A DNA stretch of 48,861 nucleotides, from the NCBI GenBank assembly GCA_002452695.1, contig DKFA01000112.1:50832-99692 (forward strand). Direction: 5' to 3'. The stretch comes from Dehalococcoidia bacterium UBA6808. GTDB lineage: Bacteria > Chloroflexota > Dehalococcoidia > GIF9 > UBA5629. The position numbers and the translations under genes were made by a program. Positions 7,642 to 16,001 of this stretch are shown one piece after another; positions within the stretch are counted from its first letter, which is position 1, and each line of letters begins with the position of its first letter. The notes beneath the pieces are model-generated. The model ran no database searches, was not told the origin of the DNA, and saw nothing but the letters and a program-made list of their open reading frames with translations.

Positions 7642-9579
7642 ATGACTGATCATTATCCTGCGCTTTTTCAACCCGTTAAAATACATAATCTGGAGATTAA
7701 AAACCGCCTTTCGGTGCCACCGATGGGCACGGGGTTTTGCGCCGACGACGGCGGCGTATCGCAAAGGCTGATCAAATATCATGAACAACGCGCCAGGGGC
7801 GGCTTCGGTCTGATCATTACCGAAGTCACTTCCATTGATTCCGAGCGGGGTTTAGGCAGCAATCACCAGCTTTGCCTGCATGATGATAAGCTGATTGCTG
7901 GTTTCAGACAGCTCGCTGAGACCGTACACCAATACGGCACACGTTTGGCCGTCCAGCTTTACCATCCAGGACGCAGCACATTCCCCTTTTTACTGCAGAA
8001 TAAACCTCCCGTAGCGCCATCTGAAGTCCCCGACCCCATCATGCGCCAGACTCCACATGCTTTAACCATAGAAGAGATCAGGGACCTGGTGGAGAAATTT
8101 GCCCAGGGCGCGCGGCGCGCCAGGGAAGCGGGCTGCGATGCTGTGGAGTTCCATGGCGCCCATGGCTACCTCATCGCCCAATTTATGTCAGCCTATGCCA
8201 ACAAACGCACGGACGAATACGGCGGGGGGTTCGAAGGTTTCCTGCGTTTCCCCCTGGAGATAATCAAAAGGACCCGTGAGCTGGTCGGGCTGGACTTCCC
8301 TTTGCTGTTCCGCATCAGCGCCGATGAAGCCGTGCCGCTGGGCCGTACCGTGCCGGAAAGCGTCGAGATGATGAAAAGGCTGATCGCCGCCGGCATCAAC
8401 GCTGTCGACATATCGATCGGCGTGCCGGAATCCAGCCATTACACCAGCGCACCACCCGATATGCCGGAGGGTTTCAACTCGGATACTTCCGTTAAATTCA
8501 AGGCTCTGGATGTGCCCGTACTGGTCGCCGGGCGCATCAACCACGCTAAAACCGCCGAAGATATCATCAAAGCGGGCAAGGCCGACATCGTGCACATCGG
8601 ACGGCAATCGCTGGCCGACCCCGAATGGCCGGCCAAGATCAGGGAAGGACGGGAAAACGATATCGTCCAGTGCCTGTCCTGCAACGAGGGCTGCATCGAG
8701 GGCCTGGCTATCTGGCGGCGCCCGTCCATCACATGTGTGCAGAACCTCGCCCTGGGCAGGGAAGAAGCGTATGCACAACCCAGAACGGACAAACCGAAGA
8801 AAGTATTGATCGCCGGCGGCGGCCCGGCCGGACTGGAAGCGGCACGCACCGCAGCGCTGCGCGGCCATAAAGTGACAATTTTTGAACAGGACAGTTACCT
8901 GGGCGGTCAGATCAAGCTGGCCACCATTCCCCCTTCCAAGGCTGTTTACCAGGAAGTGGCGCGGTCAAGGATCGATGCCATCAGGCAATTGGGAGTGGAT
9001 ATCAGAATGGGGCAGCGCCTTACCGCCGATATGGTAAAAGAGATTAAACCTGATGTATTGATCATAGCTACCGGTTCCTCCCCCGCCATCCTTAATATAC
9101 CAGGCGCCAACTTGCACAAGGTCATGACCGCCCGCAAAGCGCTGACTTCGAACGAAGTTGGTGACAAGGTGCTGGTGATCGGCGGAGGCCTGGTGGGCTG
9201 CGAAACGGCGGATTACCTGGCAGGACAGGGTAAAAATGTTACCATTGTGGAGATGCTCAAGAGCACGGCCAAGGATATCGGCCCGGCAGCGCGCTTTTTC
9301 CTGATGAGGAGGCTCAAGGATAAACAGGTTAAAATCATGACACTGGCCAAAGTCAAGAGCCTGGCAGATGACAGCGTGACCATTGAAACATCCAGCGGTG
9401 AAGAAAAGATCGGCCACTTCGATACAATAGTAATGGCTGCCGGCGCCACCCCGGTCAATGACCTTGAGGAAAAGCTTAAAGGAGCTGTGCCAGAGATCTA
9501 TGTCATAGGTGACGCTGCTTCCCCGGGCAAGATACTGGCAGCAGTGGAGAAGGGCGCAGAGCTGGCCTTGAAGCTTTAA
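7642..9579 (+). CDS. OYE-like NADH:flavin oxidoreductase fused to an FAD/NAD(P)-binding domain (2,4-dienoyl-CoA reductase / 2-enoate reductase family)
   Basis: 645 aa. The N-terminal TIM-barrel carries OYE motifs (HGAHGYLIAQFMS). A 4Fe-4S motif CLSCNEGCIEG...C follows. Two dinucleotide-binding motifs are present, GGGPAGLEAA and GGGLVGCETA. Confidence 0.85.
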   Translation: MTDHYPALFQPVKIHNLEIKNRLSVPPMGTGFCADDGGVSQRLIKYHEQRARGGFGLIITEVTSIDSERGLGSNHQLCLHDDKLIAGFRQLAETVHQYGTRLAVQLYHPGRSTFPFLLQNKPPVAPSEVPDPIMRQTPHALTIEEIRDLVEKFAQGARRAREAGCDAVEFHGAHGYLIAQFMSAYANKRTDEYGGGFEGFLRFPLEIIKRTRELVGLDFPLLFRISADEAVPLGRTVPESVEMMKRLIAAGINAVDISIGVPESSHYTSAPPDMPEGFNSDTSVKFKALDVPVLVAGRINHAKTAEDIIKAGKADIVHIGRQSLADPEWPAKIREGRENDIVQCLSCNEGCIEGLAIWRRPSITCVQNLALGREEAYAQPRTDKPKKVLIAGGGPAGLEAARTAALRGHKVTIFEQDSYLGGQIKLATIPPSKAVYQEVARSRIDAIRQLGVDIRMGQRLTADMVKEIKPDVLIIATGSSPAILNIPGANLHKVMTARKALTSNEVGDKVLVIGGGLVGCETADYLAGQGKNVTIVEMLKSTAKDIGPAARFFLMRRLKDKQVKIMTLAKVKSLADDSVTIETSSGEEKIGHFDTIVMAAGATPVNDLEEKLKGAVPEIYVIGDAASPGKILAAVEKGAELALKL

Positions 9580-9647
9580 GATTGAATTTTTCAGCTAAAG
9601 TGCTAAAATAATCGTCTATTACTATTAAGGCAAAGCAAAGAAATTAA

Positions 9648-9857
9648 TCAATGGAATACTCGGCCAGTCCTGAAAAAATTCAAAATGCATCCGGCAGGTG
9701 GTTCATGGTAGTCAGCCAGATCGACGGTGGTTATCTTGTGCGTGATGAGGTTACCAGCGACCTGGTATATATGAAACACTGCGATATAGCCGGCAATAAA
9801 CAAGAAGAAACCAGCCCGTAAAGGGGCTGACCTGCTTTCTTCCTGTCCCGTCATCAC
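9648..9857 (-). CDS. Hypothetical small protein (one hydrophobic helix); weakly supported
   Basis: 69-aa ORF and the only ORF in a 380-bp gap. It has no convincing SD and no recognisable motif. Confidence 0.25.
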   Translation of the reverse strand: MMTGQEESRSAPLRAGFFLFIAGYIAVFHIYQVAGNLITHKITTVDLADYHEPPAGCILNFFRTGRVFH

Positions 9858-9900
9858 AGGCAGCCGACTGGTTGCAGGTGTACTTTAGCTGTCAGGAGAT

Positions 9901-9929
9901 TTGACACGAGATCAAACTGCTGATATATT
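9901..9929 (+). promoter_or_regulatory. Promoter for rplU-rpmA-rpmE: TTGACA, 17 nt, TATATT
   Basis: TTGACA at 9901-9906 and TATATT at 9924-9929, about 30 nt upstream of ATG 9962. Confidence 0.6.
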
Positions 9930-9961
9930 TATACGGTTATTGCTTCTCACGGGAAAGGAAA

Positions 9962-10351
9962 ATGAACAACTCTTACGCTATAATATCAACCGGCGGTAAA
10001 CAGTACAGGGTCAGGAGCGGCCAGGTCATCAACACCGAGCTAATGCACATCGAAAAAGGCAAGGACGTTGAGCTTGGCGATGTCCTGCTTATTTCAGACG
10101 GGGAAGAGATGATAATCGGAAACCCCCGGGTCGACGGCGCCAAGGTCGTCGCCACTTGCCTGGAAGAAGGCAAGGCTCGCAAAATCATCGTATTCCGTTA
10201 TAAGAATAAGGTCCGCTCCCGCAGGAAGACGGGCCACAGGCAACCCTATACCAGGCTGCTGATCAAAGAGATTGTAAAACCGGGCGGCGAAGTTAGCACA
10301 AGGCCACCAAATCCAGGGCCGCTACCGGAGGTGATAACTAATGGCTCATAA
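9962..10351 (+). CDS. rplU: 50S ribosomal protein L21 with a C-terminal extension of about 26 aa
   Basis: [19 protein letters not shown]...[26 protein letters not shown] is the classic L21 core. The Pro-rich tail overlaps the rpmA start. Confidence 0.95.
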   Translation: MNNSYAIISTGGKQYRVRSGQVINTELMHIEKGKDVELGDVLLISDGEEMIIGNPRVDGAKVVATCLEEGKARKIIVFRYKNKVRSRRKTGHRQPYTRLLIKEIVKPGGEVSTRPPNPGPLPEVITNGS

Positions 10352-10601
10352 AAAGGGCGGCGGCAGCACACGTTGCGGTCGCGACAGCAAATCCAAAAGA
10401 TTAGGAGTTAAACGCTTCGGCGGTCAGGCAGTCAGGGCCGGGACGATCATTGTCAGACAACGCGGCACCAGGATTCACCCCGGCCTCAACGTTGGGGTCG
10501 GCCGAGATTATACCCTTTATGCCATCATTGACGGCACAGTGAAATTTGAACCTGCCGCCAAAGATAAGAAAAAAGTCAGCGTTTACCCAGGACAGGAATA
10601 A
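10341..10601 (+). CDS. rpmA: 50S ribosomal protein L27
   Basis: The product begins [43 protein letters not shown]. Confidence 0.97.
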   Translation: MAHKKGGGSTRCGRDSKSKRLGVKRFGGQAVRAGTIIVRQRGTRIHPGLNVGVGRDYTLYAIIDGTVKFEPAAKDKKKVSVYPGQE

Positions 10602-10831
10602 TGAAAGAGAAGATTCATCCAAAATATTATCCCGATGCCAAGGTCATTTGCTCCTGCGGCAACACCTTTATCACCGGTTCCACCAGGCAGACTCTGAAGG
10701 TTGAGCTTTGCAACAAGTGTCATCCCTTCTTCACTGGTGAGCAGAAAATAATCGACACCGCAGGGCGTGTTGAACGCTTCAATAAGAAATACAGGAGAGA
10801 CAAGAAAGTCAGCCCACCGGTTCCCCGCTAA
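10601..10831 (+). CDS. rpmE: 50S ribosomal protein L31 (Zn-ribbon, type A)
   Basis: [10 protein letters not shown]...CSCGN...[10 protein letters not shown], with all four Cys ligands present. The start overlaps the rpmA stop (TAATG). Confidence 0.95.
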   Translation: MKEKIHPKYYPDAKVICSCGNTFITGSTRQTLKVELCNKCHPFFTGEQKIIDTAGRVERFNKKYRRDKKVSPPVPR

Positions 10832-10838
10832 ACCGCAG

Positions 10839-10868
10839 GGGGCGGCCGCAAGCGCCGCCCCTTTTTAT
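10839..10868 (+). terminator. Rho-independent terminator after rpmE
   Basis: GGGGCGGC (10839-10846), a 7-nt loop, then GCCGCCCC (10854-10861), followed by TTTTTATT. Confidence 0.75.
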
Positions 10869-10875
10869 TAACACG

Positions 10876-11793
10876 ATGAAAAAGGAAACCCCTTTCAGCT
10901 ACGGCGGCCAGGCGGTGATGAGCGGGGTAATGATCAGGGGCCGCAACAGCATGGCTTTAGCCGTGCGCAGAACGGACGGCGGTATTGAAGTAAGCAGCCA
11001 GCCGCTGGCAAGCCTCTACACAGGACGCTGGAGACAAATACCTTTTATCAGGGGAGTAATCGCCCTGATAGAATCGGCTGTGCTCGGCACGAGGGCGCTG
11101 ATGCATTCCGCCCAAATCATTGCCGAAAACGAAGATGAAAAGATAACACCTGCCATGATGTGGCTTAGTATGGCGCTGGGAGTCGTGCTGGCTGTAGCGC
11201 TGTTTTTCATACTGCCTTTACTAATCATCCGCTTTTTCGATCCCTTTATCACGTCCTCATTCCTGAGTAACCTGCTGGAAGGCGTCATACGCATCATATT
11301 ATTCATCATTTACCTCGTGCTGATCGGATTCATGCAGGATATCCGCGAGGTCTTTGCCTACCACGGTGCCGAACACATGTCGGTCAATGCCTATGAAGTC
11401 GGCGCACCGTTGGAGGTTGTCTCAGTCAAGCATTACTCGACAGCGCATACGCGCTGCGGCACCAGTTTTCTATTAGTGGTGCTGGTCCTATCCGTCCTGG
11501 TCTTTGCCCTGCTGGGGCGGCCCGACATCTGGCTCAGCATTCTTTCGCGTATCCTGCTGATTCCCGTCATAGCCGGCCTCAGTTACGAATTAATCAAGTT
11601 CGAGGCAAGGTACAGCGGCAATATCCTTGTGCACTGGCTGCTCCTGCCGGGTCTGTGGCTGCAGGCTCTTACCACCAGAGAACCATCCGACAGCCAGCTT
11701 GAAGTTGCCATCGAAGCCATGAAAAAGGCGCTGGCCATCGATGGAGTCGCTGTCGCAGTACAGTCGGTCCCCATAACTCCCGCCGCCCCCTGA
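10876..11793 (+). CDS. DUF1385-family membrane protein (YqhQ-like)
   Basis: The N-terminus YGGQAVMSGVMIRG is typical of DUF1385, with several TM segments and YHGAEH. The family is commonly found next to rpmE. Confidence 0.8.
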   Translation: MKKETPFSYGGQAVMSGVMIRGRNSMALAVRRTDGGIEVSSQPLASLYTGRWRQIPFIRGVIALIESAVLGTRALMHSAQIIAENEDEKITPAMMWLSMALGVVLAVALFFILPLLIIRFFDPFITSSFLSNLLEGVIRIILFIIYLVLIGFMQDIREVFAYHGAEHMSVNAYEVGAPLEVVSVKHYSTAHTRCGTSFLLVVLVLSVLVFALLGRPDIWLSILSRILLIPVIAGLSYELIKFEARYSGNILVHWLLLPGLWLQALTTREPSDSQLEVAIEAMKKALAIDGVAVAVQSVPITPAAP

Positions 11794-11881
11794 CTGCGCC
11801 GTCCTTGACATTACAAGTGCCTACAACCTATTATCAGGGTACATTTGCATCTGTAAATAATTCTTGCAAGGGAGGTTTGTC

Positions 11882-12799
11882 ATGTTCCTCAAGATACTCG
11901 TACCGCTGGATGGCTCCGACACCGCTGAATGCGTCCTGCCGCACGTCAAGCTGCTGGCCTCAGCCGATAAGAATGTCACCATTGATTTTATTTATGTCGT
12001 CGCTCCGCTGGACGCACCCATGATCGATGCCAAATACAGAAAAAAGATCGAGACAGAATCGAGGCAAGCTGCGGCAGATTACCTGAAAAGACTGATCACC
12101 AAGTCGGGTTTGAAAGAAATAGCCAGGCCCATAGTAGCGCCCGGTAAAGTTGCGGATACGATCTCGGACTACGCTGCCAGGAACAAGCAAGACTTGATCA
12201 TCATGGCCACACATGGCCGCTCCGGGGTGAGCCGCTGGTTCTATGGCAGTGTAGCCGACAAGGTAGTACACGAATCCCACACGCCTGTCTGGCTGGTCAA
12301 GGCCGACAGCAGTTGTAAATCATCTTATTCTGCTAACCGCAGGCTGCGCATACTGGTCCCGTTGGACGGATCTACTGTCGCGGAGTCGGTGCTCAAGCAA
12401 CTCAAGGAAATCAACAGGCAGCTTCCTGCCAGCAAACTGGATATCATTCTGGCGCGGGTCTGCGAGATATTCTCAACCCCGGTCGGCTACCCTCCTCCAC
12501 TTTCCATGAACTGGGAAGAGTACCTGGCCTACGAGAAGAAGCGCTGCCGTTCCATTTGCCTTGATTATCTTTCCGGCATACAGGTCAAGCTGGCTAAAGC
12601 AGGCATCAAAGCCCGCATCGAAATACTCGAAGGCAATCCTGCAGAAGTGCTGATTGATTACATTGATAAAAATGCCATTGACCTGGTCATTATTTCTACA
12701 CACGGGCGCACCGGTTTCAGCCGTTGGGCCTTCGGCAGTATCGCGGAAAAGGTGCTCAAGGGTTCAAACAGTCCCGTACTGCTGATACGCGCCAAATAG
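11882..12799 (+). CDS. Universal stress protein, tandem USP domains
   Basis: MFLKILVPLDGS, with two ATP-binding-type motifs ATHGRSGVSRWFYGSVADKV and STHGRTGFSRWAFGSIAEKV. I prefer ATG 11882, which has AGGGAGG 7 nt upstream, over the track's TTG 11864. Confidence 0.88.
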   Translation: MFLKILVPLDGSDTAECVLPHVKLLASADKNVTIDFIYVVAPLDAPMIDAKYRKKIETESRQAAADYLKRLITKSGLKEIARPIVAPGKVADTISDYAARNKQDLIIMATHGRSGVSRWFYGSVADKVVHESHTPVWLVKADSSCKSSYSANRRLRILVPLDGSTVAESVLKQLKEINRQLPASKLDIILARVCEIFSTPVGYPPPLSMNWEEYLAYEKKRCRSICLDYLSGIQVKLAKAGIKARIEILEGNPAEVLIDYIDKNAIDLVIISTHGRTGFSRWAFGSIAEKVLKGSNSPVLLIRAK

Positions 12800-12880
12800 C
12801 ATAGCTTCTGCAGGTGGCATATACGCCGGTTAGAAGATATAATTATCTCCAAAATCGGTTGAGCAGGAGGTAATCTGGAT

Positions 12881-13633
12881 ATGGAAGTTTCATTAAGAGG
12901 CAAGGTAGCCCTGGTTACAGGCGCGAGCAGGGGTATCGGAAGGGCCATTGCGCTGGAGATGGCCCACTCCGGAGCGGACCTGGTTATAGCCAGCCGCAAG
13001 CTGCCGGACTTGGAAAAGGTGGCAGCGGAGATTAAAGCCGCAGGCGGGAAGGCCCTGCCTGTTGCAGCCCATATCGGCCGCATGGAGGATATTCAGGCGC
13101 TCGTCAGCCAGGCAGTCAAGGAATTCGGCAGGATAGATATCCTGGTTAATGACGCTGCCACCAATCCCACCATGGACCCTGCCATCAACGTCTCTGAACG
13201 GGCCTGGGATTCCATAATGAACCTGAACCTGAAAGGGCTGTTTTTCCTGAGCCAGGCCGTTGCGCGCATTATGAAAGAACAGGGCGGCGGCGCAATAATC
13301 AATATCGCCTCCATCGCAGGCGTACAACCTGATATACTTCCCGTTTACTCTATCAGCAAGGCCGCCGTCATCATGGCCACCAAGGTCATGGCCAAAGAAT
13401 GGGCGCCTTTCGGCATCCGGGTCAATACGCTTTCTCCGGGTCAAACCAAAACGCAGTTCAGCGAAGCGCTGTGGGGAAACCCTGAGATACTCAAATATAT
13501 CCTTGAGCGGACGCCCATGAAACGGATTGCGGAGCCGGAGGAAATGGCCTGCACTGCCGTCTTTCTCGCATCGGATCAGGCCGGCTACATTACGGGGCAA
13601 AACGTGATGGTGGACGGCGGCATGACCATCTGA
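12881..13633 (+). CDS. Short-chain dehydrogenase/reductase (FabG-like SDR)
   Basis: Carries TGASRGIGRAIA (TGxxxGxG), NAA and YSISKAA (YxxxK). Confidence 0.9.
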   Translation: MEVSLRGKVALVTGASRGIGRAIALEMAHSGADLVIASRKLPDLEKVAAEIKAAGGKALPVAAHIGRMEDIQALVSQAVKEFGRIDILVNDAATNPTMDPAINVSERAWDSIMNLNLKGLFFLSQAVARIMKEQGGGAIINIASIAGVQPDILPVYSISKAAVIMATKVMAKEWAPFGIRVNTLSPGQTKTQFSEALWGNPEILKYILERTPMKRIAEPEEMACTAVFLASDQAGYITGQNVMVDGGMTI

Positions 13634-13673
13634 TCAACATAATAGTATGCACTTGTCAGCAATGCAAGTTAAA

Positions 13674-13694
13674 GGCCGGGAGCGTTGCCCGGCC
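13674..13694 (+). terminator. Weak hairpin after the SDR gene
   Basis: GGCCGGG, a 7-nt loop, then CCCGGCC. There is no following T-tract, so terminator function is uncertain. Confidence 0.3.
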
Positions 13695-13763
13695 GTTAAC
13701 CCGCCGGCATAACTAATTGACATCGTATGTTATAATTAATGCTATCAAGGTAAGGAGGTGTAA

Positions 13764-15122
13764 ATGAGGTCCAAGAGCGCTATCTTATCATTATTCGCAG
13801 TTCTCACACTTGTAGTCGTCATTCTTGTTGCAGGTTGCGGGCAGGCGCAACCATCTACTTCAGCCGGCAAGGAGCCGATCGTCATCGGCTATGTCGGCCA
13901 GGCGGCCGGTCCCGGCACAAAACCATGTATCGATATCCAGATGATGGCAGTTGAGGAGATCAACGCAGCCGGCGGTATTCTGGGAAGACCGGTCAAATAC
14001 GTGGTTGAGGACGGCAAGGGCGAGACCTCGCTGTCGGTGGCCGGTGTTACCAGGATGGTGATGGGCAATAAAGCAGTATTCTATTCTGTTGAAGGCCGCA
14101 CCGAGATATGTATGGCCGCCAAGCAGAAGACCCTCGAGCTTTACAAAGACTTCCCGCATATTATGAGCGCCAACGGCGCCAGCGGAGTGGAAGTCACGGA
14201 ATCAGTGCTTGCCAACTATGAAAAGGAAAAGATGATCTTCCGCGGTTTCAATCCCGAACCGGGGCACTATGCCTGGGCCACCCTGATCTTCTCTATGTCT
14301 GATCCCAACAGCAATATAGCCCCGAAAGGCTTCTCTCCCAAGAAATGGGCGCTTCTGTATGAAAACATGGCCTGGACATTACTATTCCGCAACGGCTATC
14401 CCGTGTTGAACCTGCCCACTTGGGACAAAATGGCCACGGACGACTGGGGCATCGATGTAGTTTACAGTAAGCCTGTAGCCGCCAGAACGGGCATGTGGCT
14501 GCCTATCCTCGACGCTGTAGCCCAGAGCGGCGCCGAGATGATCTTCTGCGTCTCGAGCTGGTTCACTGATACAGAGGTGCTGACCAAGCAGTGGGCTGAT
14601 TCCCCCGCCAAAGATATTCAGCTATACCTTTACGGCGGCGTTGGCCAGACACACGACTTCTGGCAGATGACCGGCGGTAAGGCGCTCGGCGTTCTGACCG
14701 CTTCCTATGAAACCCCGATTACAGAGAAGACCATGCCATTCGTCGACAAGGCACGTGCGAGGGGCATCCCCACGCAGATGCATGTACACTGTGCGTACGA
14801 TGATGTCTATCTTTTTAAGAAAGCTGTTGAAGTGGCAGGCGGCACCGATGACATCGATAAACTGATCGCCGCTTACGAAACCAGCGAGATCGAAGGCCCC
14901 ATCGGCCCGTGCAAGGTTGAGATGACCAAGCTGCCCGGTTTCTTCCATTCCCGTGTAGCTGCCGACCCCAACAATCCCAGGAAATTAGCTGATAATGGGA
15001 TGCGGATCGCTATGGCTCAGTTCCAGGCCAATGGGGAAATGGTGCCCATGTATCCTGAGAAATATGCCCAGCTGGATAAATACAAGACCCCGGCTGAGCT
15101 GCGCGCTGCGGCTGGTAAATAG
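13764..15122 (+). CDS. ABC transporter substrate-binding lipoprotein, LivJ/Peripla_BP_6-like
   Basis: GGAGG SD. The signal peptide ends in the lipobox LVAGC. IVIGYVGQ...EEINAAGGILGRPVKYVVEDGKG is typical of Liv-type binding proteins. Confidence 0.85.
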   Translation: MRSKSAILSLFAVLTLVVVILVAGCGQAQPSTSAGKEPIVIGYVGQAAGPGTKPCIDIQMMAVEEINAAGGILGRPVKYVVEDGKGETSLSVAGVTRMVMGNKAVFYSVEGRTEICMAAKQKTLELYKDFPHIMSANGASGVEVTESVLANYEKEKMIFRGFNPEPGHYAWATLIFSMSDPNSNIAPKGFSPKKWALLYENMAWTLLFRNGYPVLNLPTWDKMATDDWGIDVVYSKPVAARTGMWLPILDAVAQSGAEMIFCVSSWFTDTEVLTKQWADSPAKDIQLYLYGGVGQTHDFWQMTGGKALGVLTASYETPITEKTMPFVDKARARGIPTQMHVHCAYDDVYLFKKAVEVAGGTDDIDKLIAAYETSEIEGPIGPCKVEMTKLPGFFHSRVAADPNNPRKLADNGMRIAMAQFQANGEMVPMYPEKYAQLDKYKTPAELRAAAGK

Positions 15123-15146
15123 AGATCTGATAAGGAGGTGTATATT

Positions 15147-15857
15147 TTGAAAAAAATTTATCCGCCAATAGCTGTTTTGATGATCGCGGTCCTGCTGGGT
15201 GCGCTGGCCTGTGCGGCAGCAGCCCCCTCGGAGCTCCAACCCTGCACCGTCGAGCTCGGCTACGTGACAAATGAATGGGCCGGCGAAGAAGTCATTGCGG
15301 CCAACGTCTTACTCACCGTCAAAAACCCCAACCCGGTCCCTGTTACTCTCGATGCGGTTGACTATAAGATCACAGTCAACCAGACCGAAGTCGGCATGAA
15401 GACGCTGGTACCCAGGCTGATCATCCCCGCCAACGGCTCCGTCGACCTTTCCAACATCAGCATCATCGATTACTCGTCCTCCCTCGCTGTCCAGCGCCTC
15501 TATATCGGCCAGGGCAAGGACTATGTCACTGCTCATGTGATGGCCGCCGGCCTCTGGAAGGTGTTGGGCGGCAAGAAGCCACCGTTCTGGTCCTACCCGG
15601 CCGTGGGCGTCCTTGCCACCATCAAGAGCGGCCCCACCGTAGCAGATATCCAGGCAGGCAAAGCCGACATGGCCGCCACTATCGGCCTTTATGCCAAGGC
15701 CCGGGGCACAGTGGACCTTGTCCAGGGCAACCTGGACAAGGCCTGGGATGCGGCTCCGGCAGGCCCGTGCATTTACAATGTCACAGGCAAGGCTACCATC
15801 AGCTACGGCAGCATGTCGAAGGACACTGCTTTCGACCTCAAGTACGAGCGCACATAG
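15147..15857 (+). CDS. Secreted/membrane-anchored LEA type 2 (LEA14/WHy-like) domain protein
   Basis: N-terminal hydrophobic anchor. LLTVKNPNPVPVTLDAVDYKITVNQTEV...IIPANGSVDL matches the LEA_2 NPN pattern. I prefer TTG 15147, 8 nt after GGAGG, because the track's GTG 15138 sits inside the SD. The gene follows the binding-protein gene after a 24-nt gap. Confidence 0.5.
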   Translation: MKKIYPPIAVLMIAVLLGALACAAAAPSELQPCTVELGYVTNEWAGEEVIAANVLLTVKNPNPVPVTLDAVDYKITVNQTEVGMKTLVPRLIIPANGSVDLSNISIIDYSSSLAVQRLYIGQGKDYVTAHVMAAGLWKVLGGKKPPFWSYPAVGVLATIKSGPTVADIQAGKADMAATIGLYAKARGTVDLVQGNLDKAWDAAPAGPCIYNVTGKATISYGSMSKDTAFDLKYERT

Positions 15858-15875
15858 TCTTGTCAATCCAAAGTC

Positions 15876-15910
15876 AAAGGCCCCGGCTGCACAGCCGGGG
15901 CCTTTCTTTA
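15876..15910 (+). terminator. Strong rho-independent terminator (A-tract, stem, T-tract; possibly bidirectional)
   Basis: AAAGGCCCCGGCTG pairs with CAGCCGGGGCCTTT (15876-15905), followed by TCTTTA. Confidence 0.75.
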
Positions 15911-15950
15911 TGCCTTCAGGTTTCTTGAGCACTAATAATGCTGCATATAA

Positions 15951-15980
15951 GAGAGGGGGCTATATTCATAGCCCCCTCTC
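15951..15980 (-). terminator. Perfect 13-bp hairpin 21 nt downstream of the minus-strand operon
   Basis: GAGAGGGGGCTAT, loop ATTC, ATAGCCCCCTCTC. On the minus strand it is followed by TTATAT, a weak U-tract. Confidence 0.5.
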
Positions 15981-16001
15981 AATTGATTATAAGCTGATTT
16001 T

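Noticed and set aside
8188-8868. 226-aa minus-strand ORF (and nested ORFs) inside the flavin oxidoreductase gene
   Set aside because: It is antisense to a gene with clear OYE, 4Fe-4S and FAD motifs. There are no independent signals.
13715-13745. TTGACA followed by TATAAT upstream of the binding-protein gene, as a possible promoter
   Set aside because: The two perfect hexamers are only 8 nt apart, which is incompatible with sigma-70 spacing. The alternative, TTGACA-17-TGCTAT, is weak, so I make no promoter call.
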